A stretch of DNA of 64,000 bases from a virus: positions 32,001 through 96,000 of IMG/VR virus record IMGVR_UViG_3300044716_000883. The stretch is one strand, 5' to 3'. The stretch's first letter is position 1. Each line of letters opens with the position of its first letter. The translations under genes were made by a program, and so were the position numbers. This document shows positions 16,890 through 26,990 of the stretch, in pieces. A model generated the notes under the pieces. The model made no database searches, was not told the DNA's origin, and saw only the letters and a program-made list of their open reading frames with translations.

Positions 16890-17636
16890 ATGACTTACAG
16901 TATTGAAAGAATCAAGGAATTAGCACCGTCAGTATTTACAACTGAAAAAGCTTCACATTTAACGGATAAATATATCCAAACTCCTACAATTAGAGTAGTA
17001 GAAGATTTAATGAACTTAGGTTGGGAAGTAACTAAAGCCCAAGAGGTTAAAGCTCGTAAGAATAAGGGCTTCCAAAAACACTTGTTAGTGTTTCGTCATC
17101 CTGAAATCACAATTAAGGGTGCAAATGGAGATGATTCATTCCCTCAAATCCTATTAACCAACTCACATGACGGTAAAGCCGCATTTAACTTTAGAGTGGG
17201 TATCTTCAGAATGGTATGTAGTAATGGATTGGTAATTAGCGATGCTGATTTCGGAGTGATGTCTATTAGACATATGAATTATACCTTCGAATCATTGCAA
17301 TCTAAAGTTGCTGAAATGATTAGTAAGTTACCTGGATTAGTTCAGAAAATTAACTTATTCAAATCAACTCAGTTGACTGAAGCTCAAATGAATGAGTTTG
17401 CTACTAAAGCATCTGAATTGAGAACTAAGCAACGTGTTAATATTATGGACATGCTTACTCCAACACGTGCTGAAGATCAAGGTAATGATCTATGGGTTGT
17501 ATTCAATCGTATCCAAGAGAAAGTGTTAGGTGGTTCATACACATATGGTGGCCGTAAGGCTAGATCAGTAAAGAACTTCCAACAGGATATTAAATTAAAC
17601 GAACAATTGTTCGAATTAGCTGAAGCATATCTTTAA
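16890..17636 (+). CDS. DUF932/DUF945-family protein
   Basis: ILLTNSHDG..AFNFRVGIFRMVCSNGLV; DLWVVFNRIQE. Confidence 0.85.
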   Translation: MTYSIERIKELAPSVFTTEKASHLTDKYIQTPTIRVVEDLMNLGWEVTKAQEVKARKNKGFQKHLLVFRHPEITIKGANGDDSFPQILLTNSHDGKAAFNFRVGIFRMVCSNGLVISDADFGVMSIRHMNYTFESLQSKVAEMISKLPGLVQKINLFKSTQLTEAQMNEFATKASELRTKQRVNIMDMLTPTRAEDQGNDLWVVFNRIQEKVLGGSYTYGGRKARSVKNFQQDIKLNEQLFELAEAYL

Positions 17637-17642
17637 TTTTGA

Positions 17643-17670
17643 AAGGTGGGGGTGTCAAAGCCCTCACCTT
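17643..17670 (+). terminator. GC-rich hairpin abutting an ATATTTAT box
   Basis: AAGGTGGGG...CCCTCACCTT. Confidence 0.55.
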
Positions 17671-17693
17671 ATATTTATCTAAATAAATAAGTT

Positions 17694-17903
17694 ATGAACG
17701 AATCATATCAAGAAGAAATAGATAAACTAATAGCTAAGTTTTCATTAGCAATACTAGCCGAATTAGGACATAAATTACCTATGGACCAAGTCAAATCACT
17801 AGCTAAAGCAATAACAGTGGTTGCTATGGAGGAATTGGATAAGGAAGAATATGAAACCCATTTTTGGATGGAAGCAAGGGAATATTATACAAATCAAAAA
17901 TAA
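17694..17903 (+). CDS. hypothetical protein
   Basis: 69 aa ORF, AAGTTATG leader. Confidence 0.6.
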   Translation: MNESYQEEIDKLIAKFSLAILAELGHKLPMDQVKSLAKAITVVAMEELDKEEYETHFWMEAREYYTNQK

Positions 17904-17908
17904 AAGTT

Positions 17909-18187
17909 ATGAGAGTTATAGCAATTAGAGATAGTTACTTTAGTGATGGTAAAACATTAACTGATTTAGCTATTCATAAAGGTTCAGTCTACCACGTAAC
18001 AGAGACGTACTTCAAACCAGGAAAGCATTATTTCCAAGATACGGGAAGTTATTATCCAAACGGTGTTGGCTTCTACAGGTTATTAGAACAAACAGGTTCA
18101 CATGTTGAAGATATGTTCCTTGAATTACCTGATGATCTATTTGAAACTGAAACTGAAACTGAAGAAATACAATATGAACGAAAATAA
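17909..18187 (+). CDS. hypothetical protein
   Basis: Start chosen at AAAAGTTATG. Confidence 0.55.
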   Translation: MRVIAIRDSYFSDGKTLTDLAIHKGSVYHVTETYFKPGKHYFQDTGSYYPNGVGFYRLLEQTGSHVEDMFLELPDDLFETETETEEIQYERK

Positions 18188-18482
18188 AAACGAAATACAT
18201 TTAATACATTTAGGATTTGGTTCACATCTAAACGTTCAAACGTCACAACTAGTATCAATTAACGAAACACTAATATTGATTAATGGAGCTAAAGACCCAA
18301 TTGAATTAAACGTTAAAATCGAAGCGGACTTTAACAGTATACCTTCAGAATACCATGAAATATTCTTAAACATGTTAACGTCTAAATATAGTAACAAAGC
18401 ATCATTTGGTGATAATCCGTTCTCAGTATGTCAACCCAAACCGAAACGCAAATGGTACCAGCTTTGGAAGGCGAAGTACTAA
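18174..18482 (+). CDS. hypothetical protein
   Basis: Ends KRKWYQLWKAKY. Confidence 0.55.
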   Translation: MNENKNEIHLIHLGFGSHLNVQTSQLVSINETLILINGAKDPIELNVKIEADFNSIPSEYHEIFLNMLTSKYSNKASFGDNPFSVCQPKPKRKWYQLWKAKY

Positions 18483-18512
18483 GCGTACATTGACGTTATA
18501 AAATTAAAGGTT

Positions 18513-18869
18513 ATGTCAGTTATAGTAGGAGGCGACAAGATAATTGTCCATAGTTACATTCCACCAATTGTGTTTACAGACCCAATTAAATCAGATAAGC
18601 GTTTCGTTATTGCTGATGGTAAATGGACTGAAATACCATTTCATTTAGGCCAAAAACACATCATACATTTCAAGAAAGAGTATAAAAACTCTAAAAACGA
18701 AGCGTTCAAAAACACATTTGAACAGGAAGTAGATGGCAGTAAAGGTAAGAAGTATACAGTTAAAAATGAAGATGATAGATGGAGCTGTACTTGCCCTGCA
18801 TTTGGTTGGTCAGGTAATAGTGGATGTAAACACATTAAACAAGTAAAAGCTGATAACGGATGGAACTAA
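18513..18869 (+). CDS. SWIM zinc-finger protein
   Basis: WSCTCPAF...GCKHI. Confidence 0.8.
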   Translation: MSVIVGGDKIIVHSYIPPIVFTDPIKSDKRFVIADGKWTEIPFHLGQKHIIHFKKEYKNSKNEAFKNTFEQEVDGSKGKKYTVKNEDDRWSCTCPAFGWSGNSGCKHIKQVKADNGWN

Positions 18870-19297
18870 AAGATAAAATTGAAACATACACCCCAACAAA
18901 ATACAATCCGTATTACTGGTGGAGGCGTTTTAAGGGTAGAGAAACACTTCATAAGTATCAGCCACTTAAAGATAAAATAGTAAATGGCGATTACGAACCA
19001 AGTGATTATCATTGGTGGATGTTATGGGAGGATGAATTAGAACAGGAATCATTATCTAAAATAACTGATGTAGGTAAACAACACGAAGCAAGATGTTTAT
19101 TTGGGGAGCGTAGACGTAGATTAATAAATGACTTTGAAAAAGACGAAGCCAAAATATTAGAGGCAATGTATAAGGATTTCTGGTTAGCATTTAGAATGAA
19201 ACGAGATGAAGTTGAAGATGAAATGTTCAATTTCGATGGTACGTTGCTTGAATTCTATCATTATATTTATAGTAAAAAGAAACAAAATGGAAATTAA
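18860..19297 (+). CDS. hypothetical protein
   Basis: 145 aa ORF. Confidence 0.6.
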   Translation: MELKDKIETYTPTKYNPYYWWRRFKGRETLHKYQPLKDKIVNGDYEPSDYHWWMLWEDELEQESLSKITDVGKQHEARCLFGERRRRLINDFEKDEAKILEAMYKDFWLAFRMKRDEVEDEMFNFDGTLLEFYHYIYSKKKQNGN

Positions 19298-19505
19298 AGA
19301 CATTCTTAGTGAATTAATTACAGTAGCTACCTCAGCATTAAATGAACGTGGTGTACCTGAAAACTTCGATTTGGAAGACTTCATTGACACATTAGAAAGT
19401 TACTACAGTGAACTAGATGAAATAAGTGAATTCGTTTACATTGATGATAAAGACGAATACGATTTCAGTGATGATGGAGATGATTATTATAGAGGGCAAG
19501 ATTAA
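19287..19505 (+). CDS. acidic hypothetical protein
   Basis: 72 aa, very D/E-rich. Confidence 0.55.
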   Translation: MEIKDILSELITVATSALNERGVPENFDLEDFIDTLESYYSELDEISEFVYIDDKDEYDFSDDGDDYYRGQD

Positions 19506-19537
19506 GGTTATATATTCACGTTATAAAAATTAAAGTT

Positions 19538-19798
19538 ATGTCAAGAAATAATGAACGCGTATTAAGCGATCAAATGATTTCAGATATCAAAGATTCAATT
19601 TTCATTGATTTGGTAAATGAACCTGATTCAGTATATCACTTAGTAGATGATGTTATGAATGCTTATTTAACTAATGATTGGAGTACAATTAAGGAAACCA
19701 TGACTGAAATTATTGAAGCCACAGAAGACGATATCTTACTAACACTGAATATGGAATTAGCAGAAGACGCATTTAATCAAGCAGAGAATGGTAATTAA
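19538..19798 (+). CDS. acidic hypothetical protein
   Basis: Follows promoter motif at 19494. Confidence 0.6.
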   Translation: MSRNNERVLSDQMISDIKDSIFIDLVNEPDSVYHLVDDVMNAYLTNDWSTIKETMTEIIEATEDDILLTLNMELAEDAFNQAENGN

Positions 19799-20022
19799 AT
19801 TGATATTGATTTGGTTTGCATGTGTAGCATTATTTGGAATAACAGCACTTACAATGGTATTATTAACAGGCTATTTGGGTGGTAAACCAAAATCAAATAA
19901 ATTTAGGAAGTGGTGGAGTGCAAATGTAGTGGATTTAGATAATTTATATCATTAAGATATAAGTTGGTTGGGCAAAATAAGAGTTGTAGATTTAAGTATA
20001 TTAAAATTAAAAAATTAAAGTT

Positions 20023-20403
20023 ATGGCTACAAGATCATTGATTGCAAAACAAACAAACGACGGTTACAAAGCGGTTTATTGTCATTGGGATGGTTACCCT
20101 TCACACAATGGAGCTGTATTAGTAGAAAACTACAATACACCAATAATGGCAGATAATTTATTAGCACTTGGAGATTTAAGTTCTTTAGATGTAACACTTC
20201 AAACAACTAAAGCATACCATAGAGATATGGGTCGCGATTATGAAGCAGCTGACTTTGTAAAGACATTCAGTGAGTTAAAGCAATTTGGAAAAGAATGTTG
20301 GGCTGATTACATTTACATATATAATAACGAATTAGAATGGGATTGCTATAATTCACAAGGCGTCCTATTAAATATATTAACCGATAATTTAATAACGGTT
20401 TAA
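20023..20403 (+). CDS. conserved phage protein (MATRS..YCHWDGYP family)
   Basis: MATRSLIA..YCHWDGYPSHNG..L..Y motif. Confidence 0.65.
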   Translation: MATRSLIAKQTNDGYKAVYCHWDGYPSHNGAVLVENYNTPIMADNLLALGDLSSLDVTLQTTKAYHRDMGRDYEAADFVKTFSELKQFGKECWADYIYIYNNELEWDCYNSQGVLLNILTDNLITV

Positions 20404-20519
20404 AGAGGGTTCATACTTTTAATTTTTAATGGTTAGATTGAGCTGGGTTTCTACCCGGCTCTCTCGCTGCTTGGGAGGCAGAATAATAGTCGTAGATTCA
20501 CGTTATAAAATTATTAAGT

Positions 20520-20771
20520 ATGCCATATGTAGATCTAGAAAGTGTTAATAAAAACACAATAGTAAGTGATTTAAAATCAGTAATTGGTAAGAGAGTATCA
20601 CAAAACCAATCACCAACACTCGTAGCCAAATTAATTAAAGTTGGTAAAGTAAATTGCGTATTCGAATCAGTAGAATCCGATTTCAAATTATCTACTTTAG
20701 CACCTGGATATAAGGTAGGAGTGCAATATAAAGTACCTACACAATTCGCTTGGAACTCGTTCTTCTACTAG
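20520..20771 (+). CDS. hypothetical protein
   Basis: Follows promoter motif at 20476. Confidence 0.6.
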   Translation: MPYVDLESVNKNTIVSDLKSVIGKRVSQNQSPTLVAKLIKVGKVNCVFESVESDFKLSTLAPGYKVGVQYKVPTQFAWNSFFY

Positions 20772-20822
20772 GGAGGGCGGGGTTCGAATCGTAGATTTAA
20801 GTATATTAAAAAATTAAAAGTT

Positions 20823-21035
20823 ATGAATACAGTTGAAACAATGAAATTTACAAAACGCGATTTAGTGTATTTAGACACAATTGAACAAGCTTGGGATGGT
20901 AGTGAATTAAAGATTGAAGATGGTGATGTTAGGATATGGCTTAACCCACGTGAAAATAGAGCATACGATGGTGACTATACCCTCGAAACACGAATCAATG
21001 GTAAATGGTCCCAAACCAAATGTTACTTTGAATAG
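20823..21035 (+). CDS. hypothetical protein
   Basis: Follows promoter motif at 20775. Confidence 0.6.
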   Translation: MNTVETMKFTKRDLVYLDTIEQAWDGSELKIEDGDVRIWLNPRENRAYDGDYTLETRINGKWSQTKCYFE

Positions 21036-21085
21036 GCAAAACAACAACCGTAGATTTAAGTATATTAAAAATAAAAATAAAAGTT

Positions 21086-21964
21086 ATGAGTAAACAAATT
21101 ATCCTAGATGCATTAGCAGCACAATTTGCAGTTAAGCAAAATGAATTCACACAATACGATACAACAGTATATCAACCAGCATTAGCCGAACTGAATAAGA
21201 CTGTCAGTGATTGGTTCAGTATGGTATTAGACTTAAATCCATACCGCCTTACATTCAATGGTGATTATGTAGAAATTACTCCATCAGATGAAGGTAAATG
21301 GCATAGCATGATTACTATTAAAAGAAATTCAGGTTGGGGTATTGAAAAAGATACATATTCCATTGATTACAGAAGCGGTTATGGTAAAGCAGAAAATCAA
21401 ACTGACATGTACTACCTAACTACATTAGGTAAAGTAGCACAGAACATTGACTTGATAGTTGAAAATATGAAGTCTGAATGGAAACCAACACATCAATCGA
21501 TTTACAAGCCATATTATGAACTAAGTAATGAATTAGGTAAATTAGAGAGTGAAATAAATGGAGTTAAACAAGATATTCACAATGATAAACGTGAAGTATA
21601 TAAAGCACCAGGATTCGAACATACAGTAACATCTCAGCTTGCTTGTAAAATGAACTACGATACTAATGAATATGAATTAAAAACAGTACCGTATACAATT
21701 AGATTAGAGACAGGAAGTGGTAAGTGGGATTACATGTGGGTTAACTCATATAAAGTAATTGGACCTGCTAAATATAGAAAAATAGCTATACAAGTTAAAC
21801 GTAATGAAGGTGATGAGCGTTGGGAAGATATTGAAGTTAAAGGCGAATTCTTCGATCAATTCATCGCAGAGGTATATAATTGGGAAACTAGATTGAGAGA
21901 GAAGCGTGACGAAGACGAAACTAAACGCTACAATAAGTTCGTTGAGGCAAAGCAAACAGCATAG
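21086..21964 (+). CDS. hypothetical protein (292 aa)
   Basis: Follows promoter motif at 21034. Confidence 0.7.
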   Translation: MSKQIILDALAAQFAVKQNEFTQYDTTVYQPALAELNKTVSDWFSMVLDLNPYRLTFNGDYVEITPSDEGKWHSMITIKRNSGWGIEKDTYSIDYRSGYGKAENQTDMYYLTTLGKVAQNIDLIVENMKSEWKPTHQSIYKPYYELSNELGKLESEINGVKQDIHNDKREVYKAPGFEHTVTSQLACKMNYDTNEYELKTVPYTIRLETGSGKWDYMWVNSYKVIGPAKYRKIAIQVKRNEGDERWEDIEVKGEFFDQFIAEVYNWETRLREKRDEDETKRYNKFVEAKQTA

Positions 21965-21988
21965 ATTCACGTTATAAAATTAATAAGT

Positions 21989-22198
21989 ATGAGTTTAACA
22001 ATTGAGGATTTAAAGACAATCAGAATCGGATTAAATAAAGTAGCATTCAGCGATAGAAATAATATACTTGAAACAATGAAGAATGTAGATGCAATGTTAG
22101 CAGAGCATAATTTAAAGTTCGAAATGGAAGCTAGACCAAAACGTAAATGGCAGCGTGACACTATTTACGACTATGTATTTAACCCTATAAATAACTAA
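21989..22198 (+). CDS. hypothetical protein
   Basis: Follows promoter motif at 21945. Confidence 0.6.
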   Translation: MSLTIEDLKTIRIGLNKVAFSDRNNILETMKNVDAMLAEHNLKFEMEARPKRKWQRDTIYDYVFNPINN

Positions 22199-22199
22199 T

Positions 22200-22475
22200 A
22201 TGAAAACGTTTAACGATTTAGAATTCAAACAAGACATACAACGAGGACTAAACGCAGCTCGAATCATGTTCGATAATGGATACGGAGCGAGTGTAGTAAT
22301 AGGACCACACACATACGGTGGTGAAGATGGATTATATGAATTAGCCGTTATTTTAGGTAGTGATGGTAAATTAACATACGATACACCTGTAACAGATGAT
22401 GTTGAAGGATATCTAACAGAAGATGATGTGACTAAATTACTAGAACAAATACAGAACCTAGAAATAGCACCATAA
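22200..22475 (+). CDS. conserved phage protein (F.NGYGASV..YGG..GLYELA family)
   Basis: FDNGYGASVV.GPHTYGGEDGLYELAV...TPVTDDVEGYLT. Confidence 0.7.
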   Translation: MKTFNDLEFKQDIQRGLNAARIMFDNGYGASVVIGPHTYGGEDGLYELAVILGSDGKLTYDTPVTDDVEGYLTEDDVTKLLEQIQNLEIAP

Positions 22476-22592
22476 AATTCAGCTTAAGCTTTATGGCTCA
22501 CACACCACATATATAAATACGTATATACGATCCAATATGAATAGATTCATACCATGGTACCCAATTAACGAAGTAATTAAAACGAAGGATAG

Positions 22593-22841
22593 ATGATACT
22601 AATGCTAATATACCCACTTGGATTCTTAATAACGTTAACGTTCTTCAAATACTTTGGAAAGCGAATCGGATTCGATTATGATAATGAAGAAAAAACATAT
22701 GCCGACTATGGCGATTGGGAGAGTAATGAAGAGGCATATTTCGGATTCGCAACAATGTGGTTCATGATAGTACCAGTATTAATCGCAGTTGGATTATGTA
22801 AGGGACTATACATGATTAGTAAATGGTATTTAAAATTATAG
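22593..22841 (+). CDS. small membrane protein
   Basis: Two hydrophobic segments. Confidence 0.55.
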   Translation: MILMLIYPLGFLITLTFFKYFGKRIGFDYDNEEKTYADYGDWESNEEAYFGFATMWFMIVPVLIAVGLCKGLYMISKWYLKL

Positions 22842-22845
22842 ATAG

Positions 22846-23190
22846 ATGGATAGCAATATTATAGAACGTTTAGAACGTATCGAAACGAAACTAGATGCAG
22901 TAATTAAGGCAATGTATGATTATGATGAAGGTACGTTGCATTGTGAATACAGTGGATTACCATCAGTTGAAGCATATAGCGACGAGGCGTATGGAGAATC
23001 ATCATTCGAAGCGTTTATAGATAACGAAGAAGAACTAAATAGACGAATGGACATTATAGGACAGAACGGTAATGAAGGAATACACTACGTGACGAACGAG
23101 GAAGCGGATGAAGATGCTATTAATACTCAGCCTAAACAAAAACGGTATTACAAAAATAAACGTAGTAAACGTAGCGAAAATAAAAAATAA
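22846..23190 (+). CDS. hypothetical protein
   Basis: 114 aa, acidic core and basic tail. Confidence 0.55.
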   Translation: MDSNIIERLERIETKLDAVIKAMYDYDEGTLHCEYSGLPSVEAYSDEAYGESSFEAFIDNEEELNRRMDIIGQNGNEGIHYVTNEEADEDAINTQPKQKRYYKNKRSKRSENKK

Positions 23191-23235
23191 GGCAGAGTAG
23201 TAGTCGTATATTCATGGTATAAAAATTAATGATAG

Positions 23236-23442
23236 ATGAAAACAGCAATGCAAGAATTAATTGATGAACTAAAACTTATTGAGGCTTATCCTATGTCACC
23301 TTTAGTATTAAGAATGGCTAATGATTTACTTGAAAAAGAAAAACAGCAGATAATACAAGCAGCATACGAATTTATGGGAACTAACTTCGATTCTAATATG
23401 GGTAGAGCGGAATTATATTATAACGAAAAATATAAAAATTAA
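23236..23442 (+). CDS. hypothetical phage protein (MKTAMQELI-type)
   Basis: LLEKEKQQIIQA motif; follows promoter motif at 23190. Confidence 0.6.
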   Translation: MKTAMQELIDELKLIEAYPMSPLVLRMANDLLEKEKQQIIQAAYEFMGTNFDSNMGRAELYYNEKYKN

Positions 23443-23447
23443 GGATA

Positions 23448-23750
23448 GTGGAAGGTAAAATAGATAGATGTCAACATTGTGGTGAGGATAAAGCAGATTG
23501 TTATTACGGGTTTATAGCAATGACAATCCCAATTCCCGAAGCCGAAGCATTAATTGATAAATGGGGTAGAGCCAATTGGTGGGAGAATTTAGAGCGAATC
23601 GATCTAACAGATGATGAAATGAAGGAATTAGATGGTTTAAATACATACGATCAATTATTAAACACAGTAAGTAGAGGAGTTCAATGTAATGATTGTGCTA
23701 AAAAAGAAGACGAGTTATATAAAATATATTATAATAATAAAAAACGATAG
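23448..23750 (+). CDS. Cys-containing hypothetical protein
   Basis: CQHC...CNDC. Confidence 0.55.
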   Translation: MEGKIDRCQHCGEDKADCYYGFIAMTIPIPEAEALIDKWGRANWWENLERIDLTDDEMKELDGLNTYDQLLNTVSRGVQCNDCAKKEDELYKIYYNNKKR

Positions 23751-23753
23751 ACA

Positions 23754-23993
23754 GTGGCAGACTTCTCAAAACAATGGTGTGATATAAATGACCCGGATAT
23801 GCCGAGCGATTTCTGTATTGACGAAATATTCAATGGATTGAGCGAAAACTCGTATGTAAATTATATATGTGAAGGATTTGGATTTGATGCGATCGGGAAT
23901 ATAAATGGTGAGTTGATGGTGTCAATGCCGACTGGATCACATCAATTCAAGTGGATAACGTACGATGAACTGATAAATAAGCATAGGGGGTAG
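23754..23993 (+). CDS. hypothetical protein
   Basis: MADFSKQWC...ICEGFG. Confidence 0.55.
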   Translation: MADFSKQWCDINDPDMPSDFCIDEIFNGLSENSYVNYICEGFGFDAIGNINGELMVSMPTGSHQFKWITYDELINKHRG

Positions 23994-24032
23994 TGGGGGA
24001 TAGAGATACTCAGGATAATAAAATAAAATGAT

Positions 24033-24254
24033 ATGAATATGAAGAATCTAAAGAACATGTTGACGAATGAGAGAAGAAATGAAGTGGCAGCATTATTAAC
24101 AGTGTTATTCTGTTTGGGGTATGCGGCTCTATTAGTGAATGAAACAGCACGTGTTGTGATGGAATATACTTTAGTTGGGATGATAGGTGTAATGGCTGTG
24201 TGGTTTATATTTTCTATGATTAAGGATGTATTGGAGCAATTAGGCAAACGATAG
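24033..24254 (+). CDS. two-TM membrane protein
   Basis: Two hydrophobic helices. Confidence 0.55.
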   Translation: MNMKNLKNMLTNERRNEVAALLTVLFCLGYAALLVNETARVVMEYTLVGMIGVMAVWFIFSMIKDVLEQLGKR

Positions 24255-24630
24255 AATGCATGCGTTTTTTTGCGCGTTAAATGCGCAAGTAACGCGCTTT
24301 TTTTATCACAACGAACATGAGTTTTTTTGTTGCAATGGGTGGATAACTACACAATGTAGGGAACTACGGATAGTAGTACTACCTATACTAACGTTTTTAG
24401 TGTGATAGTATATGACATGATGTTGCTGTATGGGGATAGGGTGTTGCGACCCGACCAGTTTTTTTTCTTGCCACTCCACCTCCTTTTTATCGACGAAATA
24501 TATACTACTTTTTTTAGTCGATACTAATTTGTGTAGTACTAAGTTTTTTAGTAAAATTGTTTTTGTTGCAGCAAGGTTTTTTTCTTAATTTTTAACCAAT
24601 TTCTTTTTTTTCTTGAAAATTTTTTTTTCT
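24255..24630. other. non-coding region with many oligo-T tracts
   Basis: About 375 bp without a credible ORF; repeated T5-T9 runs on the + strand. Confidence 0.7.
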
Positions 24631-24660
24631 GAGGCAGAATTAGGGATGTAGATTTACGTC

Positions 24661-25305
24661 ATGAAAATTATAGATAAACCATTAATAGTTGGAGGTGTTC
24701 AGTTGGGTGTTTTTCAAGCATACACCGACATCGAACCAGAACTAATCGCTACGGAATACCGTTCCCGTGTTTTACCCGCTCCTTTTTTTTATGAAAAGCG
24801 GTTGTTTTTTTATTTAGTTAAACGACACGAGCCGGGACAGAATAAGTTTTTTCCTAATGGTGGATTTGAGGTACGCGACGAGAGTGGTGGACTGAGATGT
24901 TATGATTTGGATCAGGTTATTATACATCCAGCCGTAATTAAACATAAGAAGACATTAGACAAAATGCACCGCACCGCGGAGAAAATTGCTAAGCAGAAAG
25001 AACGCGACGCGAAGCGTAGCGCTAAACCGAAACCGGAATCAACAGGGAAACGGGGTAGACCAGCACTAGACCCAGCACTTAAGGCAGCACGCGACGCCGA
25101 GAAAATAGCTAAATCGGAACGTAGTGGTGGTAAACGTGGCCGTCCAAAATCAGATAAAACACCAATCGTTAAGGCTAAAACAGGGGGTAAACGCGGCCGA
25201 CCAAAAGTAAGCGACGCTGTTATTGCGAGTCGTGTTGCAGCGAAAGCAGCGACTCGTGTCCGTACAGGGGGTAAACGTGGACGACCTAAATCAAATCGTA
25301 GGTAG
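24661..25305 (+). CDS. multi-AT-hook DNA-binding protein (4 x KRGRP)
   Basis: TGKRGRPA, GGKRGRPK x3 in basic C-terminal half. Confidence 0.8.
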   Translation: MKIIDKPLIVGGVQLGVFQAYTDIEPELIATEYRSRVLPAPFFYEKRLFFYLVKRHEPGQNKFFPNGGFEVRDESGGLRCYDLDQVIIHPAVIKHKKTLDKMHRTAEKIAKQKERDAKRSAKPKPESTGKRGRPALDPALKAARDAEKIAKSERSGGKRGRPKSDKTPIVKAKTGGKRGRPKVSDAVIASRVAAKAATRVRTGGKRGRPKSNRR

Positions 25306-25350
25306 GCCAAATTGTGTTCATATATTTGTGTTACACAAAAATTAAAATAT

Positions 25351-25524
25351 ATGCCAAAAGAATTAGACGAAGAACTAACACAACTAAACTACATGGAAAA
25401 GTTAGCTATTATCAATGCTAATGTTAAACATTTGGTTGACTACTACGATGACAACAATATGATGGATATGATTCCTGATTATGTTTGGGGTTACATTCTT
25501 AAAATTGAAAAATATAGTAAATAA
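25351..25524 (+). CDS. hypothetical protein
   Basis: Start moved downstream of promoter motif. Confidence 0.5.
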   Translation: MPKELDEELTQLNYMEKLAIINANVKHLVDYYDDNNMMDMIPDYVWGYILKIEKYSK

Positions 25525-25784
25525 TTTGAAGCGGGGCAAAACCCGCTTCTTATATTTACGTTATAAAATTAATAAGTATGTATAGTTTAAAATGTGATTA
25601 TTACGGAGCCGAATTTACCTGCATTGGTGATTTGATTGCTCATATTATGATTTCAGGTATGGATCCTGATTATGAAATTACTAAAGATGGTAAATCGATA
25701 GGTCAAAAAGCCATTGATTATATTTCATTTTAGTGGGGTGGGGCAGGACCCAATTCATATCTTCATGTTATAAAATTAAAAAAT

Positions 25785-26003
25785 ATGAAAGAATTAAGTA
25801 AAAGAAGTAAAAAAATTGTAGATAATTGTATTATTAAAATTTATAATAATGAATTAAGTATAGGTGAAGTATATAATAAATGTGTTAAATATTATGGGAA
25901 TAGTGCATTTTGTTATTTTATAGATGAATTAGAAAGATTAAATATGTGTTATATAAGTGAAGGTATATTAGAAGAAAATAATAGATGTGATTGGAAAAAT
26001 TAA
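25785..26003 (+). CDS. hypothetical protein
   Basis: Follows promoter motif at 25741; unusually AT-rich. Confidence 0.5.
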   Translation: MKELSKRSKKIVDNCIIKIYNNELSIGEVYNKCVKYYGNSAFCYFIDELERLNMCYISEGILEENNRCDWKN

Positions 26004-26064
26004 TTAAATAAAATAGGGTGGGGCAAAACACAATTTATATCTTCACGTTATAAAATTAATAGTT

Positions 26065-26289
26065 ATGATAACATTTGAACAATTAAAAGGCATATTATGT
26101 CAGGGCGAAGTAGAAATACAATACGATAATGAAGTACCTGATTCTGTTATTGGTGAAACAGAAAATAAATTTGAAAGGGCAAATACGTTGCTCGACCTAG
26201 TTAACATTTATGAAGATATGGGTTATGAAACACACACTGCCCATGAAGTAATTGTTAATACTATGATGCAATTAGCAACATTAGATTAG
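26065..26289 (+). CDS. hypothetical acidic protein
   Basis: Follows promoter motif at 26021. Confidence 0.6.
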   Translation: MITFEQLKGILCQGEVEIQYDNEVPDSVIGETENKFERANTLLDLVNIYEDMGYETHTAHEVIVNTMMQLATLD

Positions 26290-26338
26290 GCAGCGTTTCG
26301 TTTATATATTTACGTTACACAATTAAAAATTAAAAAAT

Positions 26339-26653
26339 ATGAAAGTTACACAAACGTTATTAATGGTTATGGTCGAAGTTCCGGTCCAAGTAGGTGAATT
26401 AAAATGTAAAGCACAAATGCAAGTTTGTAGAACACTTGGCACATTAAATGAGCCCAATGAAGGGGAAGATGAAATTGAATTTGCAGATATAAGTGATATT
26501 ACATATATGGGCATACCAATTGAAGGTTATAATAATTGGAGAAAGTTTAAGCAATTTCATTTGGAAATGGGAATTGATTGGGACAAGGCCCTTGCCCAAA
26601 AAATAAATGAAATGACAAATGATATTATAGAAGAAGTTAATGTAAGTTACTAA
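26339..26653 (+). CDS. hypothetical protein
   Basis: Follows promoter motif near 26288. Confidence 0.6.
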   Translation: MKVTQTLLMVMVEVPVQVGELKCKAQMQVCRTLGTLNEPNEGEDEIEFADISDITYMGIPIEGYNNWRKFKQFHLEMGIDWDKALAQKINEMTNDIIEEVNVSY

Positions 26654-26718
26654 GTAAAAATGAGGCGGGGCAAAACCCGCTTCATACATTTACGGTACAC
26701 AAATAAAAATTAAAAGTT

Positions 26719-26922
26719 ATGAAATTAGAATTAGCGATTACAAAGGAAAGAGTACCTTACTTAGTAGAAGAATTAGGTGAAGATCGTATTGAAGTTAGAG
26801 AATACAATGACAACCAAGATTTAATCATATTTGAAGTGAATGATGGTATGGATGTATTATGTATATTTCATGCTGGGATTAGGTTTGGTAGTGATAGTAT
26901 GAGAAACGCTGTAGTGAGATAA
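26719..26922 (+). CDS. hypothetical protein
   Basis: Follows hairpin-promoter at 26662-26684. Confidence 0.6.
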   Translation: MKLELAITKERVPYLVEELGEDRIEVREYNDNQDLIIFEVNDGMDVLCIFHAGIRFGSDSMRNAVVR

Positions 26923-26990
26923 TTAGTCGAGGCAGAATTAAGTTCCGATATTTACAATACACAAATAATAAATAAATAAAACAAAAGGTT

